Shown here: positions 12,205 through 25,675 of the stretch, piece by piece
How positions within the stretch are numbered: the first letter of the stretch is position 1
Layout of the letters: every line of letters starts with the position of its first letter
Assembly (NCBI GenBank): GCA_950097015.1
Contig: CATNEN010000035.1
Span: forward strand, 868,001 to 932,000
Length of the DNA: 64,000 nt
DNA from: Macrostomum hystrix
Lineage: Eukaryota > Animalia > Platyhelminthes
Direction of reading: 5' to 3'
The notes under the pieces: generated by a model
Database searches by the model: none
Told to the model about the DNA's origin: nothing
The model's input: only the letters and a program-made list of their open reading frames with translations
Position numbers and translations under genes: made by a program

Positions 12205-13659
12205 GTCCTGCTAGAAAGAGGCAAATCTGGATGATGTTTATGCAAGATTTTTAATAAGCCATCAACACTAGTAGACGCAACTTTAGTTGATACTGCCCAG
12301 TTTTGCAATTCTTCTCTTAATGTTAGATCATTCTCATGCCCATAGTCTTTGTCTTCTTCATAGCTAAGTTCATCATCATTATCATCAATTGGTTCTAATA
12401 TCTCATCAAAGATGAACTCTTCATTTTCTTCCTGATTTTCTTCTAAATTATGGTCTTCCAGATTGTCACCTTCAGAATCAGTGGTGCTAATAATAGTTGC
12501 ATGTTCTTCAACTTCAAAAGAACAACCACTTAGGCCAGATGGCTTTGAATTCTTTTTATTAATTGAATGGTTATCAATACAACCACTAGGCCTAGCACTT
12601 TGGCAATCAACACTATCATTGATCTCATCTATCATAGAATAAAATCGCTTCCTAGATGCTCTTTGCTGTTTTCTTGTTTCTTGGGAATCCTGAAATTTAA
12701 AATGATATAATTGTTGCTTATTAAGTCTAAGAAATTATTTGAATAGGCCTAAACCACATCAACCAAGCCCAAATTATAAGCCCTAAGTTTAACTGTTTAA
12801 ACTAGCTAACTGAAACAAAATACAAATCTATAAACAATTTTTATACATGAGCTTAGTCATTGATATATAGCTGGCCTAGATAAGGCTTAAAATGGCTATT
12901 AATAATATTTGATAGTCATTTGGCTTTGGCCTAATAGTAGGCCTATCTACTAGAGCAAATGTAACTACATTATTAAAGTTAGCTTTATTAAATACATTGA
13001 AAACTACAAATTAGTTATTAAATACATCTATATGCTAACTAAGCCTAAATAGCAAAACTACACTAACTAAGCCTAAGGAATTATAATACTAGTTTTAATG
13101 TTAAACCTAAATACCAATAAGGCTTCACATGTATTTACTATTTAGAGGATAGGACTAGGTTACAATAGTTAAGCAAAAGAAAAAAACAGATTTATTGACA
13201 ATCAATAAATGCCTGAACAACTTAACATGTAATTATATAAGTTTCAGTAAATTGTTTAGCAGAATGTACGTACTTCAAATTAATTAAAATCGCTAAATCA
13301 AAGCAAACTTAAAGAAGTATAAACTAACAAAGCTTGCAATTAAAAAGCTACGCTTAAAAAGAATACTATCTATAAGCATAAAAATAATTTACTTAAAAGT
13401 ATACTTTCATGTCCTTTCCTTACAGAAACAATACACAAAAGTAGTTAAAGGTCTTTAAAATTAATAAAATAACAGTCCCGCCAATATTATATCGCCACGA
13501 TGACAATAAAATGGGCTATAGCTTCAGTGGTTCAAAAATGTAAAAAAACAGTAGCGGAAATTATTCTTTGACTGCTGAAAAAACAATTAAACAATAAAAG
13601 AAAGCATACAAACTTTTTTAGCTCATTTACCCGCATTTTTATATTTTGTTAGGATACCG

Positions 13660-13753
13660 GAAAGATATCGGCGCGCTATCTGTCGGCTTAATATCGCCCA
13701 AATCAGTTGGCGATGAGAAGGCGATATCGGGGCTATAATTTTGGTTATGTGGG
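13660..13753 (-). repeat. Probable right terminus of the first CMC element (reverse complement CCCACATAACCAA) with subterminal GATATCG(G)C motifs
   Basis: Ends ...TTGGTTATGTGGG, like the CCC-type termini of the other CMC elements here, and lies upstream of the transposase 5' end. Confidence 0.5.
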
Positions 13754-14758
13754 TTAGTAAGACGTTAATGTATTATTTTACTGCTTCGTACTAAATAAAC
13801 CTTTGGCTGCAGTTTAAATCCAACCTTCATTGGCTTAAATTATCAAGAAATACTTCTAACTAATTTTTAAACAACCCGAAAGGATCTTTATCTTTGTCTT
13901 ATGTCTATAATCACGTAAATTTATAAATAAATTAAAATATAGCTTTTCGAATGTCAAAATAAATGAATAAGATTGAATAACAACTGCAGTAAAAAATGCT
14001 ATTAAACGAGCCTGTATAAAATATGATGCTACACTGGCGACACCCAAAATGGAATTTAAAGGATTTTTGTGTCGATATAAAGATGCAATAAATCCTTGCA
14101 TTCATAAGATTTGCTCTTATAAATTATTTGCCATTTGTACTATTTCAGTATAATATCATGCCCTGGTGCCATTTGTAGTGCAGTGTTGCAAGTGTAGACA
14201 TTTTACAAACAGATCATAATTACACCGTGGTATTCCGTTGTATAATAGAAAATTAAATATAAGTACATCTATGCAATAAATGACAGAATAAATGGTATAT
14301 GAAAGATACAGATAAATAGAAAGCATTTAGAATTTCATAAAAACGTTTGTAATTGTTACAATAAAATGAACATGCCGTCATTATCAATCACAATCACAAG
14401 TTCCGTTTCACCACTTTCGAATCCGGCAAACGATTGACATCGCGTAGAAACCGGCAAACGATTGAATCTCTCGGTGGGCCGCCGACTGAAAAGAACATGC
14501 AGTAAGCAAAAAATCTGCAGCGTTTAAGAGACAAGAGAACATTTTTAACAAGAATAACAAAACAACTTACGTGCAGAATTTAGTTGTGCTCATCCAGAGT
14601 CATTACCGGAACAACAAAATCCAGTTTGGTTTTTGCCAATGGTACCAAGATGCATTTTCATTTTAGATACTTCCAAATGACTTCAACCTGGTTTCCATAG
14701 CTGCCCCGATGCTGGACTATGAATAAGCAAAGAAAGGTTAAGTTTAATTATATATATA

Positions 14759-15602
14759 CACTGTAAATGGAATATGGCCGAAAAAGTAGCCAAGAGGTGG
14801 CCGGCGAGGGGCCGAAAGTGTCCAACTTTCGGCCACATTAAGTAGCCACTTTTCGGCCACTTTAATGGACAATTTATCGGCTAATTTTGAGGCCGAAAGT
14901 TGGACACTTTCGGCTCCTCGCCGGCCACTTACAACCGGCCACCTCTTGGACCGGCTAACCTTTTCGGCCTTGGTAGCGGCCCAGATTGTGCAACTAATTT
15001 AACATTTTAAAGAAAATTATTCCGTGTGTCCGGAAAGTCATGAGAAAACTACAAAAGGTTAATTATAAAAACGCGCAGAACAGTGAAACTTTACTAATCA
15101 GTAATGTAATTTCCCCTGAAGTCAATCACAGCTTGGCAGTGCTCCACGAGCCGTAGAACCTCGCGTTTCAAGCAGTTTGCATCCAGACCCCTCGCCCACT
15201 GCAACGCGGCCTCGCAGACCTCATCGTGGCTGCTGAACTCCCGCTTCGAGAAGTCCGATTGAAGAAAATGGAAGAAAAAACGGTCGCATAAATTGAAATC
15301 AGGGCTGTAGGGACTCTGAAAAAGCAGTTGAACTCCACGAGTCTCCATGTACTGCTGCACAGTCTGGGCCACATGAGGTCGTGCGTTGTCTAAGACAATA
15401 TTTAGACAATCGACCACTATATTGTGTGGACCATAAATATATGCGCTTAATGTCTTCTGTCTGTCTTCTGTCGGAAAATTATGTTCTAGAAGTAAATATT
15501 TAAAGCGATGCACATGTCTCAGAGCATTTGACTCATGATTCTTTTTTTACAATCGGCCACTGTACAACCGGCCACTATTTCGTCCATGTCTGATTTACAG
15601 TG
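14759..15602. mobile_element. CACTG-ended non-autonomous CACTA/CMC-type element (10-bp perfect TIR, about 30 bp imperfect; TA flanks)
   Basis: CACTGTAAAT at 14759 and ATTTACAGTG ending at 15602, with TA on both sides. Multiple GGCCGA/TCGGCC subterminal repeats and an internal 36-bp inverted repeat. Confidence 0.75.
15020..15400 (-). pseudogene. 3' fragment of a mariner (DD34D) transposase with one terminal repeat
   Basis: DNARPH...SPYSPDFNLCD has 34 residues between the two Asp; ends VIDFRGNYITD*. A TA-TTCCGTGTGTCCGGAAAG end lies at about 15020. Confidence 0.85.
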
Positions 15603-17162
15603 TAGAATTTTTAATCTAACAAAATATCAACAAACGGAAAAAATATCTTGAAATAAGATTGGCTTGAAAAAAGTAAATACGTATATTTTATCTTTACATA
15701 TAATTTTTCTTGTGATTTAGGACCTTGAATCTTGGGATCCTATGATTGTGATAACTAGTTCTAATGATGAAAAACTCTAAATACAAATATTTTAACAAAA
15801 AATTGTATAAAATATACTATATTAATTGTAATACCCTCTAAATTTATCAGTATAGTCTTTATATACAGGGGGCGGTGGACACATTTTTTCTAGGGTGGGG
15901 GGCAGAAGCCATTTTTTAAGATTTCAAGAGGGGCACAAACCAAATTTTAACAACTTTTGAATTTTAATTCAATGTATATGGTGCCCTTAAACAAATTTTG
16001 GGTGGGCATATGCATCTAATACCACAAGGCTCCACTGCTCAAAATATAGAAGGCATTAGGAACAAAAAATATAGAACAAAAATATAAATCACAAGATTTT
16101 TTACATATAAAATAAAAAATATAAATTTTAAAAGAGTAAAATTGCTGGATAGTATATATAGAAATACTATTTTATGTGTTAAAAAATATTATTAGGCCTA
16201 ATATGAAATAATTGTATTAGAATGACATAAAATGTATATTAGAATTTAAGGGTTTTAATGATTGATCATTTTACCAAAGAGGACCAAAATTGTACACAGT
16301 AGTTTCAAATTATTATTGACCTAATAGAGCTTTCAATTGGGTGATTTTGTGGCGGAAGGTGGAGCAGGATGGCTTTTTCCGAAGCCCAATCAAGTACTCC
16401 ACCCGCTGGGAAAATCGCAGGCGGGTAGCACGCTACGTAGCGAGCGGCGTAGCAGCTACGCCGCGGGCGGCATGCGCCGAGGAATGCTTGCGGCCCGACT
16501 GCTACGCGTAGCGGTAAAGTAGCATGCGCGCCGCCCGCTAGCCGCCATGCATCTATTAAGCTGCGTAGCATCTGTGCCGCCATCGAGCCGCTTGCTTTTT
16601 GCACATATACTGTACGATATACTGTAGCAATTGTTACTTGCCCTGTAAGCCCTTTGGGTTACATGTGGTACTGACATACATTTACATGTATGTATTACGT
16701 ATATCCCTAATCTTAGCATGACATTGTGATTTAGCAAAGGGCATATTGGATAGTTAGAAAGTAATGAACATAAACAATGTGATCACAATAGTTTTAGGTA
16801 CGTGGATTGCATTAAATATTGACTGAACCATTTAAATTCAATATTTTGCGTGTCATACAGCATTCGAGGTACAATGGTGCTTTTTATTGAAACTGCATTG
16901 GAACAAAAAATTATACAAACACTGCAGAAGGGAGTGTGATGGGAAGAGGTCAGCGTTACCTCAGTTACAGATTCATATATCAGCTAACAAAATGACAGTA
17001 AATATATACACATAACAGCACTAACCTACCTACTTTGAAGGTCACAATAAGTAGTGTCTTGCTCTTACGAGTAATTAATTTTGGAATGTAGAAATACTAA
17101 TTAATCAGGATTACAGTCAAAACCTTATGATTCGATTTTAAACCCTCTTCAAATTCAAAAGT

Positions 17163-19261
17163 TTAGACACTAATTGTTGTGACCTTCACATTGAGAACGA
17201 TCGTGGTCGGCAAATACTCCACCACGGAACGCGACAGTTTGATGAATATTAGAACAAAAAAGGCCAATTCAATGGTAAAATCAAAGCGGAAAAATGACAT
17301 ACTCTGTCTCCTTAGGAAAGGCGATTGCCTTTCCCTGCGGAACACCCGTAATTCTGGACCGCGAAAGTGCGTACACACCGATATAAGGAGACGATAGCTG
17401 TAAGGATAATCACACAAGTCGCGTTGAAATACAAGAGATGTTCCAGTAACAGTCCCATTATCATAAATGGAGTCAATAAAAATGTAGGTGCCATTCACAA
17501 TAGCGCAGTTGTCAGGTGAAGAAGTCTTATAGGAAAACTTGGTACATTCAGGCTTATCCGCATCCAATTCAGTGCCACAGCTTGCCTACTGATATGACTA
17601 AAAATTCCTCGAACTTGCCTGATTCGTCTTCCTAAGTAATTCTCAAAACAAAAAGTCGAAAACTTGTCCATGGGGCCGTAACGCTTGACATAATCAAAAA
17701 TATGCAGAAGAATATGAAAATTATAAGAAATTGAACTAGAACCAAACAACTCACGTGCCTGAAAAACAAACAACCGGATAGCACTGGCTGCCTGCTCGTG
17801 CAAGTGAGAAAATTGACGAGAAGTAAAGACAAAAATAGCAAAATGCAGCAGGAGAAAATGTCGAAAGTATTGGTCGGGCAGGTAATTTTTAAATAGAAAT
17901 AAGCCACAGTAAAGAAAGAGAGAGCGAAATTCTGTAGCCTTATAGTTGCTCAGCTCCTTGTCCAAACGTCTGGGAGCGCGCTGGAACTCGGAGGGAAAAT
18001 AATTTCTGCAAGCAGCAATGCTGTCGGACAACGCAGACAACTGTGCACCGGAAAGTCGGCAACGAAGACGAAAGGATTTAACCTTCTGAAAATAAAACTT
18101 GCACAAACGTCTAAAAATACCGAGACAAACGCAATGTTGGTAGTCCACTGGGAAATCAGTCAGCAGAGATGCAATCTTACAAAGAGGAGACAACTTAACT
18201 TGATTGTTTTCCTGTCCTTCAGCATACAAACGATCCTCTCTTGGTGCAGAAACGGACACAGGGAAAACCATTCGATCGTTTTCTCTCTTAGCAATGGCTC
18301 GGCAATAGCCACACCCGTTAGCCGAGGTGTGACCCGTAATACACTGCACAAAAGCACGCGCAGGAGCATCGCAAATAAATGTTAGATGGCCAAGTTTAAA
18401 AAGCTTACCATTGTACTCAAAGCCGTTCCGCCGCAAAAGAGTCACCTCATTGACAAAATCGGCTAAATATTCATCGACTACTGGTTTTGAAAAACCATAG
18501 AACAATGCAACAGGTAGTACAATGTTACCGCCTTCAAAGCGGATTAAAATGGGCCAAAGGGAAGCAGAACTGCTCTTATAAAGAGGCAATCCGTCGATGT
18601 TGACAAGCGCGTCAAGGACAAGGGCAGTTGATTCAACGCGCAGTGAGTCAACGCAAAGCAGCGATTTGTCTAGGCAAAATTTGATATTTTCCCGAATGTA
18701 CAAGTACGAAAAAGTGCCACCGCAGCCAAGGGACAATGCTGGGGCCAGACTCTTCCTAGTTCCTTTCATCAAAAGGTAAAAAGACGGGGGAACATTGGCA
18801 CCAATTCGCACGAGAAGTCGAAGCAAATATTCCACCGCGAAACGCGACAAATTGAACATTAGTACAAACAAGACTAATTCGTTGGCAAAATCAAAGGATG
18901 GAGCATCCACAGTTTCGTCAGCATCAGCAATTTCCTCAACATCACCGTCGTCGCAGGAGTAGTAGCTGCTACTATCCGAAATTTCATCGTCAGACTCGGA
19001 CAGCTCAACGCCGATCGTAGATTGGTCCAACTCGTCGCATGCCGTCGTAGTATCCACCGCCTCCGTAATGCCAGCCGCCGCAATCGTGGTCACCGTATCG
19101 GCGTCCGCAGCCTCAGTTGAGATGGCGAGAGGCTCCGTGGACTCGGAATTGGCATTCATAACATTGGTACCACGGGTCTCGGATGTGGCTTGGGCATCCT
19201 CCAATGTAGCCCTAAGCAAAATGCTCCGCCTCTGTCGCTTACATTGACTGTAGGAAGCCAT
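17163..19261 (-). pseudogene. EnSpm/CMC transposase, near full length, with a frameshift near the C-terminus
   Basis: Motifs NIDGLPLYKSS..LWPIL, ICDAPARAF..ITGHTSANGCGYC, DYQHCVCLG and YKATEFRS. The tail SPDNCAIVNG...RDLCDYPY is in another frame and aligns with the intact copy at 59102. Confidence 0.9.
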
Positions 19262-20297
19262 TACTGAAAAGATTCACGGGATCAAAGGATAACATACATA
19301 GGTACTTCATTACTGAACACAAAAAGAATTTCTGAATTTCTGTGGCATGGCACACCATGCTTATCAGAAAGCCTCTAGTGATAAGCACTAATGAGCAAGA
19401 AAATTGGGGAAACAAATCTCATGCACAAAAACATTACAGTAGCACTACGAGAGATATGATTAACTCACTTGTTTAAAAAGCCAGCCCAAGTATAGTGCAG
19501 GTAATAATGCTCAAGGAAAAAGCAAAATGCTGCCAAGTGGCAGCAGTAACTAACTATGAGTTGAGTTTCTATGTTTTAACATCTGCTTCACGCCTTCACT
19601 AAAATGTGCCAGCTTTATGCACCTCAATTATTGTGAATCATATCACAGTTTAGCTAGCATACATTAAGTAGTGGAAAACATGAAAACTGTGGGATTTAAT
19701 GATATTGTCTACAAAATGTGAGACAATTGCGCATTTATTTAATACAGTCAAAGTACACTACTTACACATGGAAATAGGATTACATGATAGGAACTGGCAC
19801 TGCCACTAGCCAAATAGATGAATTACCAGTAATAAAAAAGATGTTCACAGGCAAAATAAAGTGGAAAAAAATTGAACAGCAATGCAATGGAACTTGCTAC
19901 ATTAAAGAAACAAAAAGGATTAAGTACTTGTTTGCCCTCAGGTGACCCATGGTCATGGTCAATTGGTCATGTAACTTAGAATATAATTGCTATATATATT
20001 CAAACCCAGAAATTAGGATTTAGGTGACTGTTTGTGAGACATTAATCAAATTCAATGAGTTTGCAAATAGGAGAGGACAAAACATTTTTGTCCTTTCTAC
20101 CTAAGTCATGGGTAATACTGAGTTAGCCAAAGATGCTTACTATATGTTTGGCATTTACAGTAAAAAACAATCCTAAACTTTATATTGACACAACCAAATA
20201 AAAGTTATTGAGATCAAGTATTAGTCACAATGGGGGTCAGATGCATCAACTTGATTAGAGTCAATAGACAGTCACAGTGAGACAATGAATACAAAGA

Positions 20298-21442
20298 TTA
20301 ATCTTCCTGGTTAGAGTCAGCCATAGCACGACGGCGCTTTACACGTCCTCCTTCTCTGTCGGAAGCATTCTTCAGTGCCACTCTGATAGCATTGGTAACA
20401 TCTTGGTCTGTAGCAGATGGAAAGGCCTTGCGTGCTGCCAAACGAACAATGTCCTCTACTGGCCCAATAAAACGCATCTTCTTGTCACTGCCACTCCTAC
20501 TAAATTGACATTGAACATCATTTGTCATCAAGGCTGAAATAGCCTGCTTGATAAAATTGCGAAGGCAAGTGCCTCCAATGAGGGCCAGCCTAAACTTTAT
20601 ATTGACACAACCAAATAAAAGTTATTGATTGTGTTGTTATTTTGCATCTCCTTGTCACTCAGTGTTGCAATGAACTCATCCAAATCTGGCACAGTCTTCT
20701 TTGGTGAAAAGTTGAATGGCTCATTCTGCAACTCAACTACTCCATGAGCACCTTGCCTTTCAATAAGGCCTTGAATGGTAGCAATCCTCTTATAGGTAAT
20801 TGCAGAAAGATAATAGGCTGCCTCTGCTGAAAATGGCTTCAAACCTTTGCGTTGCACTAGATTATGAACTGGTTGCAGTTCATTGAAACTCAAGGTCTGT
20901 AGCCCACTTGGTCCACTTCTTGACTCAGAGGCTGGAGCACTAGCATTGCTTGTATAGGAAGGTGTCCCAAAGTCGCTAGCCAAAGTAAAAAATGCAGATG
21001 AGGCAGAAGCAACAGTAGGCAATGGTGCTAGAAGTGGTCTCTGTGGTGTCACTGCTGCAATGCTTGAAGCTGGCTCATTGGATTGAACACAATGGACAAG
21101 GGGCTGGTTGCCTTGAAGTGTTGTAGCACTGGAAGCACTGGGTGATCCTTGAAAATTTTGTAGACCAGTTGTCAATGCAATTTGACTCAGTGGAGGACCA
21201 GGTGGTTGTTCACGATCAGACTCAGAGCCAGAAGATTCTTGAGTATCAACATCAGTTGTATCAACACCACCATAGTAGGCAGTGTTGGGTGGCAAACTAG
21301 GTCGCTTCTCAGTTGCAAACCGTGGAAGTTTTTGCAAGAACTCTTGAATTGGAACATGTAGCCGCTTTATATCTCTGCAATGCTTTAGAGCATAGGTTAG
21401 ATGAGATTCCGCAAAAGCTACTTGAATCACAACTGCCTTCAA
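20298..21442 (-). pseudogene. Accessory gene of the CMC element with a C-terminal DUF4806/BEN-like domain
   Basis: LALIGGTCLRNFIKQAISALMTNDVQCQFSRSG..KKMRF...LKNASDREGGR is preceded by an S/P-rich linker and PKKTVPDLDEF. It is interrupted at 20592-20629. Confidence 0.6.
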
Positions 21443-23227
21443 AATAGTATCACATCAAGACTGAGACGAGATGTTGGGTTTCCAAGTAGCTGGTTGTAGT
21501 TGGCCACAGACCAGGATGTATTATTACTCAAGGCGTATATGACAAATGGGTTATATTGTGTCTTTTTGTCCTTAGGAAAGTACAAAATCCCAAATTTGCA
21601 CTCTTTAAATTGTAGCATTACTTGTGGGGATGGTGGTACCATGCTGAAAAATAGATGTAAGGTCAAGATATAACAAAATAAACAAGAAAAAACATTATTA
21701 AAGAACATTTAATAAAGATCATATACATACTTGTAGGCCCTAAAAATTCATAAATTGTAGTCCACTTATAGTCAATTTATTAACTAAAGTAAAATAAGCT
21801 ATAATTGCCTATGATAAAAACCGAATTTATATAATTTGGCAATTTTGTACATTTTTCAAAAATTTAAATTTTAATCTTCTTTTTTACATACATGATTCAT
21901 TAGCCATATTTATATATAAATATCTATTAAAAGAAATAATGAATATAAATGACAAGATATTTCAATTCCCTTTTTCAATGACATATACTTTAGTCAGTTA
22001 TCCAATAATTTGCGAAATAATATATGGTTGTGGAAGCAATTAGGCCCTAACAATAAAATAAACCTTTAAAAAACTTCATAGACCAATGATTGATCGATGA
22101 CATTGTGAGTTTGTAAAATCTAATATGCAATCTAATAATAAAAAAGAACCTAAAATCTAAATCTAATAATACCATTGCTATCACTATCCTACACTCCAGG
22201 AACAAAATTATTCAGGCCGTGCCCTTGATTGCCCACTATCTTGTTTAATATTTGACTCTCAATGCTTATCCAATAACCTCATGAAAGGGTAAGGGGTAAA
22301 ACACTACCCGAAAAATAGGGTAAAAGGCTACCCAATGATTTTAGGCGTCTACCCGCTTCAAATCGTCCAGAAAATGCGCCTAACCTATGCAGCTTCTAGT
22401 TTGGAATTTTCTTAGGTAAAAAACTGAAAGATTATGATGAAATTCACGTTTATTTCTGTTGGTAGTGTTTTACTCCAAAAAGCTACCCAAAACTACCCGA
22501 CCCCTACCCCCGTCATTGAGAATCGAAAATCAATGGCTAAGCTTACTTTTACATCTTCTGCCATAATGTGTAATATCAAGTGGTTTTAACTTGCATAAGC
22601 AAAGTTAGGGTAATGGGTAATTTGTTTTACTGTATTTTACTTTCGCATTTTTTAAACGTATAAATCTTAATCTTATTTAGAAACGCTAAACGAATAATAT
22701 TGCCAAGATTCATATACAATGTTATAAGAAATAATGCAGCTTTTTCAGTTCGAAAGCTACGATACTGCAGGTGTAGTGAAATTGCGATAATCTTTTCTTA
22801 TCGTGTCAGTGATTTCTAATCTGAGTGTTGGCCAACAACACACTAAGGTGATATATTATCAAAGTGCATCTAACTTAATAGACTTTATAATTCCGTTAAC
22901 TAAATAATCTTATATAAACAGCAATAAAAACTTATGTCCATTTATCTATAGTAATATCAACAGCTATACATATATAAATATAGAACTACAAAAGTAATTA
23001 TGCCTTATGCACATTGTTTTTATGTTATAAATAAAAAATATCAATATACCTTGAGGACATTGAGGTTTCAAATAAATTTATTCAAAGCAATTGAACATAT
23101 TTTATATAAATTTAAACAGTATTTGATTGCTGATTTGATTTGTTTTTCTGTTTTTATATGCATAAGACAACAATTATTTGCTTAAATATTATTAATATAT
23201 TATTTCTCTTAATATAATATATTTTTA

Positions 23228-24985
23228 GTTGGTGTACAGTTGGCGTCAGTTGGTTTCTCCTGTAGTCCCTATTTGGTTGAGTTGGTGCACAGTTGGCATC
23301 AGTTGGTTTCTCCTACTGTAGTCCCTATTTAGTTGAATTGGTGCACAGTTGGCATCAGTTGGTTTCTCCTACTGTAGTCTCTATTTAGTTGAGATGGTGC
23401 ACAGTTGGCATCAGTTGGTTTCTCCTACTGTAGTCCCTATTTATTTGAATTGGTGCACAGTTGGCATCAGTTGGTTTCTCCTACTGTAGTCCCTTTTTAG
23501 TTGAGATGGTGTACAGTTGGCATCAGTTGGTTTCTCCTACTGTAGTTCCTTTTTAGTTGAGTTGGTGTACAGTTGGCATCAGTTGGTTTCTCCTACTGTA
23601 GTCCCTATTTAGTTGAATTGGTGCACAGTTGGCATCAGTTGGTTTCTCCTACTGTAGTCTCTATTTAATTAAGTTGGTGTACAGTTGGCGTCAGTTGGTT
23701 TCTCCCACTTTAGTCTCTATTTAATTAAGTTGGTGTACAGTTGGCATCAGTTGGTTTCTCCTACTGTAGTCCCTATTTAGTTGAATTGGTGCACAGTTGG
23801 CATCAGTTGGTTTCTCCTACTGTAGTCTCTATTTAATTAAGTTGGTGTACAGTTGGCGTCAGTTGGTTTCTCCTGTAGTCCCTATTTGGTTGAGTTGGTG
23901 CACAGTTGGCATCAGTTGGTTTCTCCTACTGTAGTCCCTATTTAGTTGAATTGGTGCACAGTTGGCATCAGTTGGTTTCTCCTACTGTAGTCTCTATTTA
24001 GTTGAGATGGTGCACAGTTGGCATCAGTTGGTTTCTCCCACTTTAGTCTCTATTTAATTAAGTTGGTGTACAGTTGGCGTCAGTTGGTTTCTCCTACTGT
24101 AGTCTCTATTTAGTTGAGTTGGTGCACAGTTGGCATCAGTTGGTTTCTCCTACTGTAGTCTCTATTTAGTTGAGATGGTGCACAGTTGGCATCAGTTGGT
24201 TTCTCCTACTGTAGTCTCTATTTAGTTGAGATGGTGTACAGTTGGCATCAGTTGGTTTCTCCTACTGTAGTCCCTATTTATTTGAATTGGTGCACAGTTG
24301 GCATCAGTTGGTTTCTCCTACTTTAGTCCCTATTTATTTGAATTGGTGCACAGTTGGCATCAGTTGGTTTCTCCTACTGTAGTCTCTATTTAGTTGAGAT
24401 GGTGTACAGTTGGCATCAGTTGGTTTCTCCTACTGTAGTTCCTTTTTAGTTGAGTTGGTGTACAGTTGGCATCAGTTGGTTTCTCCTACTGTAGTCCCTA
24501 TTTAGTTGAATTGGTGCACAGTTGGCATCAGTTGGTTTCTCCTACTGTAGTCCCTATTTAGTTGAATTGGTGCACAGTTGGCATCAGTTGGTTTCTCCTA
24601 CTGTAGTCTCTATTTAATTAAGTTGGTGTACAGTTGGCGTCAGTTGGTTTCTCCTGTAGTCCCTATTTGGTTGAGTTGGTGCACAGTTGGCATCAGTTGG
24701 TTTCTCCTACTGTAGTCCCTATTTAGTTGAATTGGTGCACAGTTGGCATCAGTTGGTTTCTCCTACTGTAGTCTCTATTTAGTTGAGATGGTGCACAGTT
24801 GGCATCAGTTGGTTTCTCCCACTTTAGTCTCTATTTAATTAAGTTGGTGTACAGTTGGCGTCAGTTGGTTTCTCCTACTGTAGTCTCTATTTAGTTGAGT
24901 TGGTGCACAGTTGGCATCAGTTGGTTTCTCCCACTTTAGTCTCTATTTAATTAAGTTGGTGTACAGTTGGCGTCAGTTGGTTTCT
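23228..24985 (+). repeat. 56-bp tandem array, about 31 units (TTGGTGCACAGTTGGCATCAGTTGGTTTCTCCTACTGTAGTCCCTATTTAGTTGAA), left TIR
   Basis: Period of 56 measured (23282 to 23338). Includes 53-bp variants and internal CAGTTGG subrepeats. Confidence 0.95.
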
Positions 24986-24990
24986 TATCA

Positions 24991-25287
24991 TTGTCATTTG
25001 CATGCTCAATCACAAGTACTTGAATGCTTCACTTATGCTCTCTTAATAAAAAATCATCCTCCTGAATCACATTGTCTGTTGAGTTAAGGACAAATTAGCT
25101 AAACACACAAAACACATTATTTCGTGTTTTATGTGTTTCTACCTGATAAGCATCCTTGTCATTTGCATGCTCAATCACAAGTACTTGAATGCTTCACTGA
25201 ATCACTTTGTCTGTTGAGTTAAGGACAAATTAGCTAAACACACAAAACACATTATTTCGTGTTTTATGTGTTCCTACCTAATAAGCC
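24991..25287 (+). repeat. Imperfect direct duplication (about 165 bp and about 130 bp copies)
   Basis: TTGTCATTTGCATGCTCAATCACAAG...GTGTTTTATGTG occurs twice; the second copy lacks about 34 bp. Confidence 0.85.
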
Positions 25288-25675
25288 TGGCATAAGTAAA
25301 TGTCATAGGCCTGGCATTTACTTAGCATTAGTTGGTAGTACTTGGCATTAGTTGGCAGACACTTGGCAGACACTTGGCATTAGTTGGCAGACACTTGGCA
25401 TTAGTTGGCATTTATTGTTTCAGACCTGGCATTTGGTTGTTTCAGACCTTGGATTGTGTTTGGCTGTGACACTTATCTTTGTTTATCTATTCTATATGAG
25501 TCTGCTATTAACTATTCCAGATTAGTTCACTATGGTTTATTTTAATGCTGCTTGGGTTCTGGCTTCTTTTTTGTATTTTGCACTCACAATTTTTTTCGTT
25601 ATTTCGGTTCTTTCTCTCACATAATTGCTCTATTGCTTTTCAGGTCTTCATGGGTTTTAAACAGAACAGCAGATA

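Larger units (their letters stand above)
6714..12689 (-). pseudogene. EnSpm/CACTA (CMC) transposase pseudogene, split by the Gypsy insertion (N-terminal part about 12689-12205, remainder 7833-6714)
   Basis: Motifs LNIDG..FKS..SFWPIL, DRPARAFIKCIKAHNGFSACDK, DYMHLICLGV and FARKPRSL..WKATEFRTFLLYSG. Removing the Gypsy and one TSD restores HPDLPLSSRTLLKTPRNV. Several frameshifts lie near 7436 and 6900-6950. Confidence 0.9.

Noticed and set aside
2584-13753. Pairing 2584 and 13753 as the TIRs of one CMC element
   Set aside because: Only CCCAC matches and the flanking dinucleotides differ (CA versus TT), so it is left unresolved.
15865-16040. Possible hAT-like MITE (CAGGGGGCGG...CCACTG)
   Set aside because: The ends are only weakly complementary and there is no 8-bp TSD.
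23000-23185. Identical 61-aa ORFs at 23000-23185 (+) and 36698-36883 (-)
   Set aside because: A by-product of the TIR duplication in very AT-rich sequence, with no recognisable motif.
23228-24985. CRISPR-like regular array (also 35000-36657 and 5-288)
   Set aside because: Units are contiguous variants with no unique spacers, there are no cas genes, and the context is eukaryotic.
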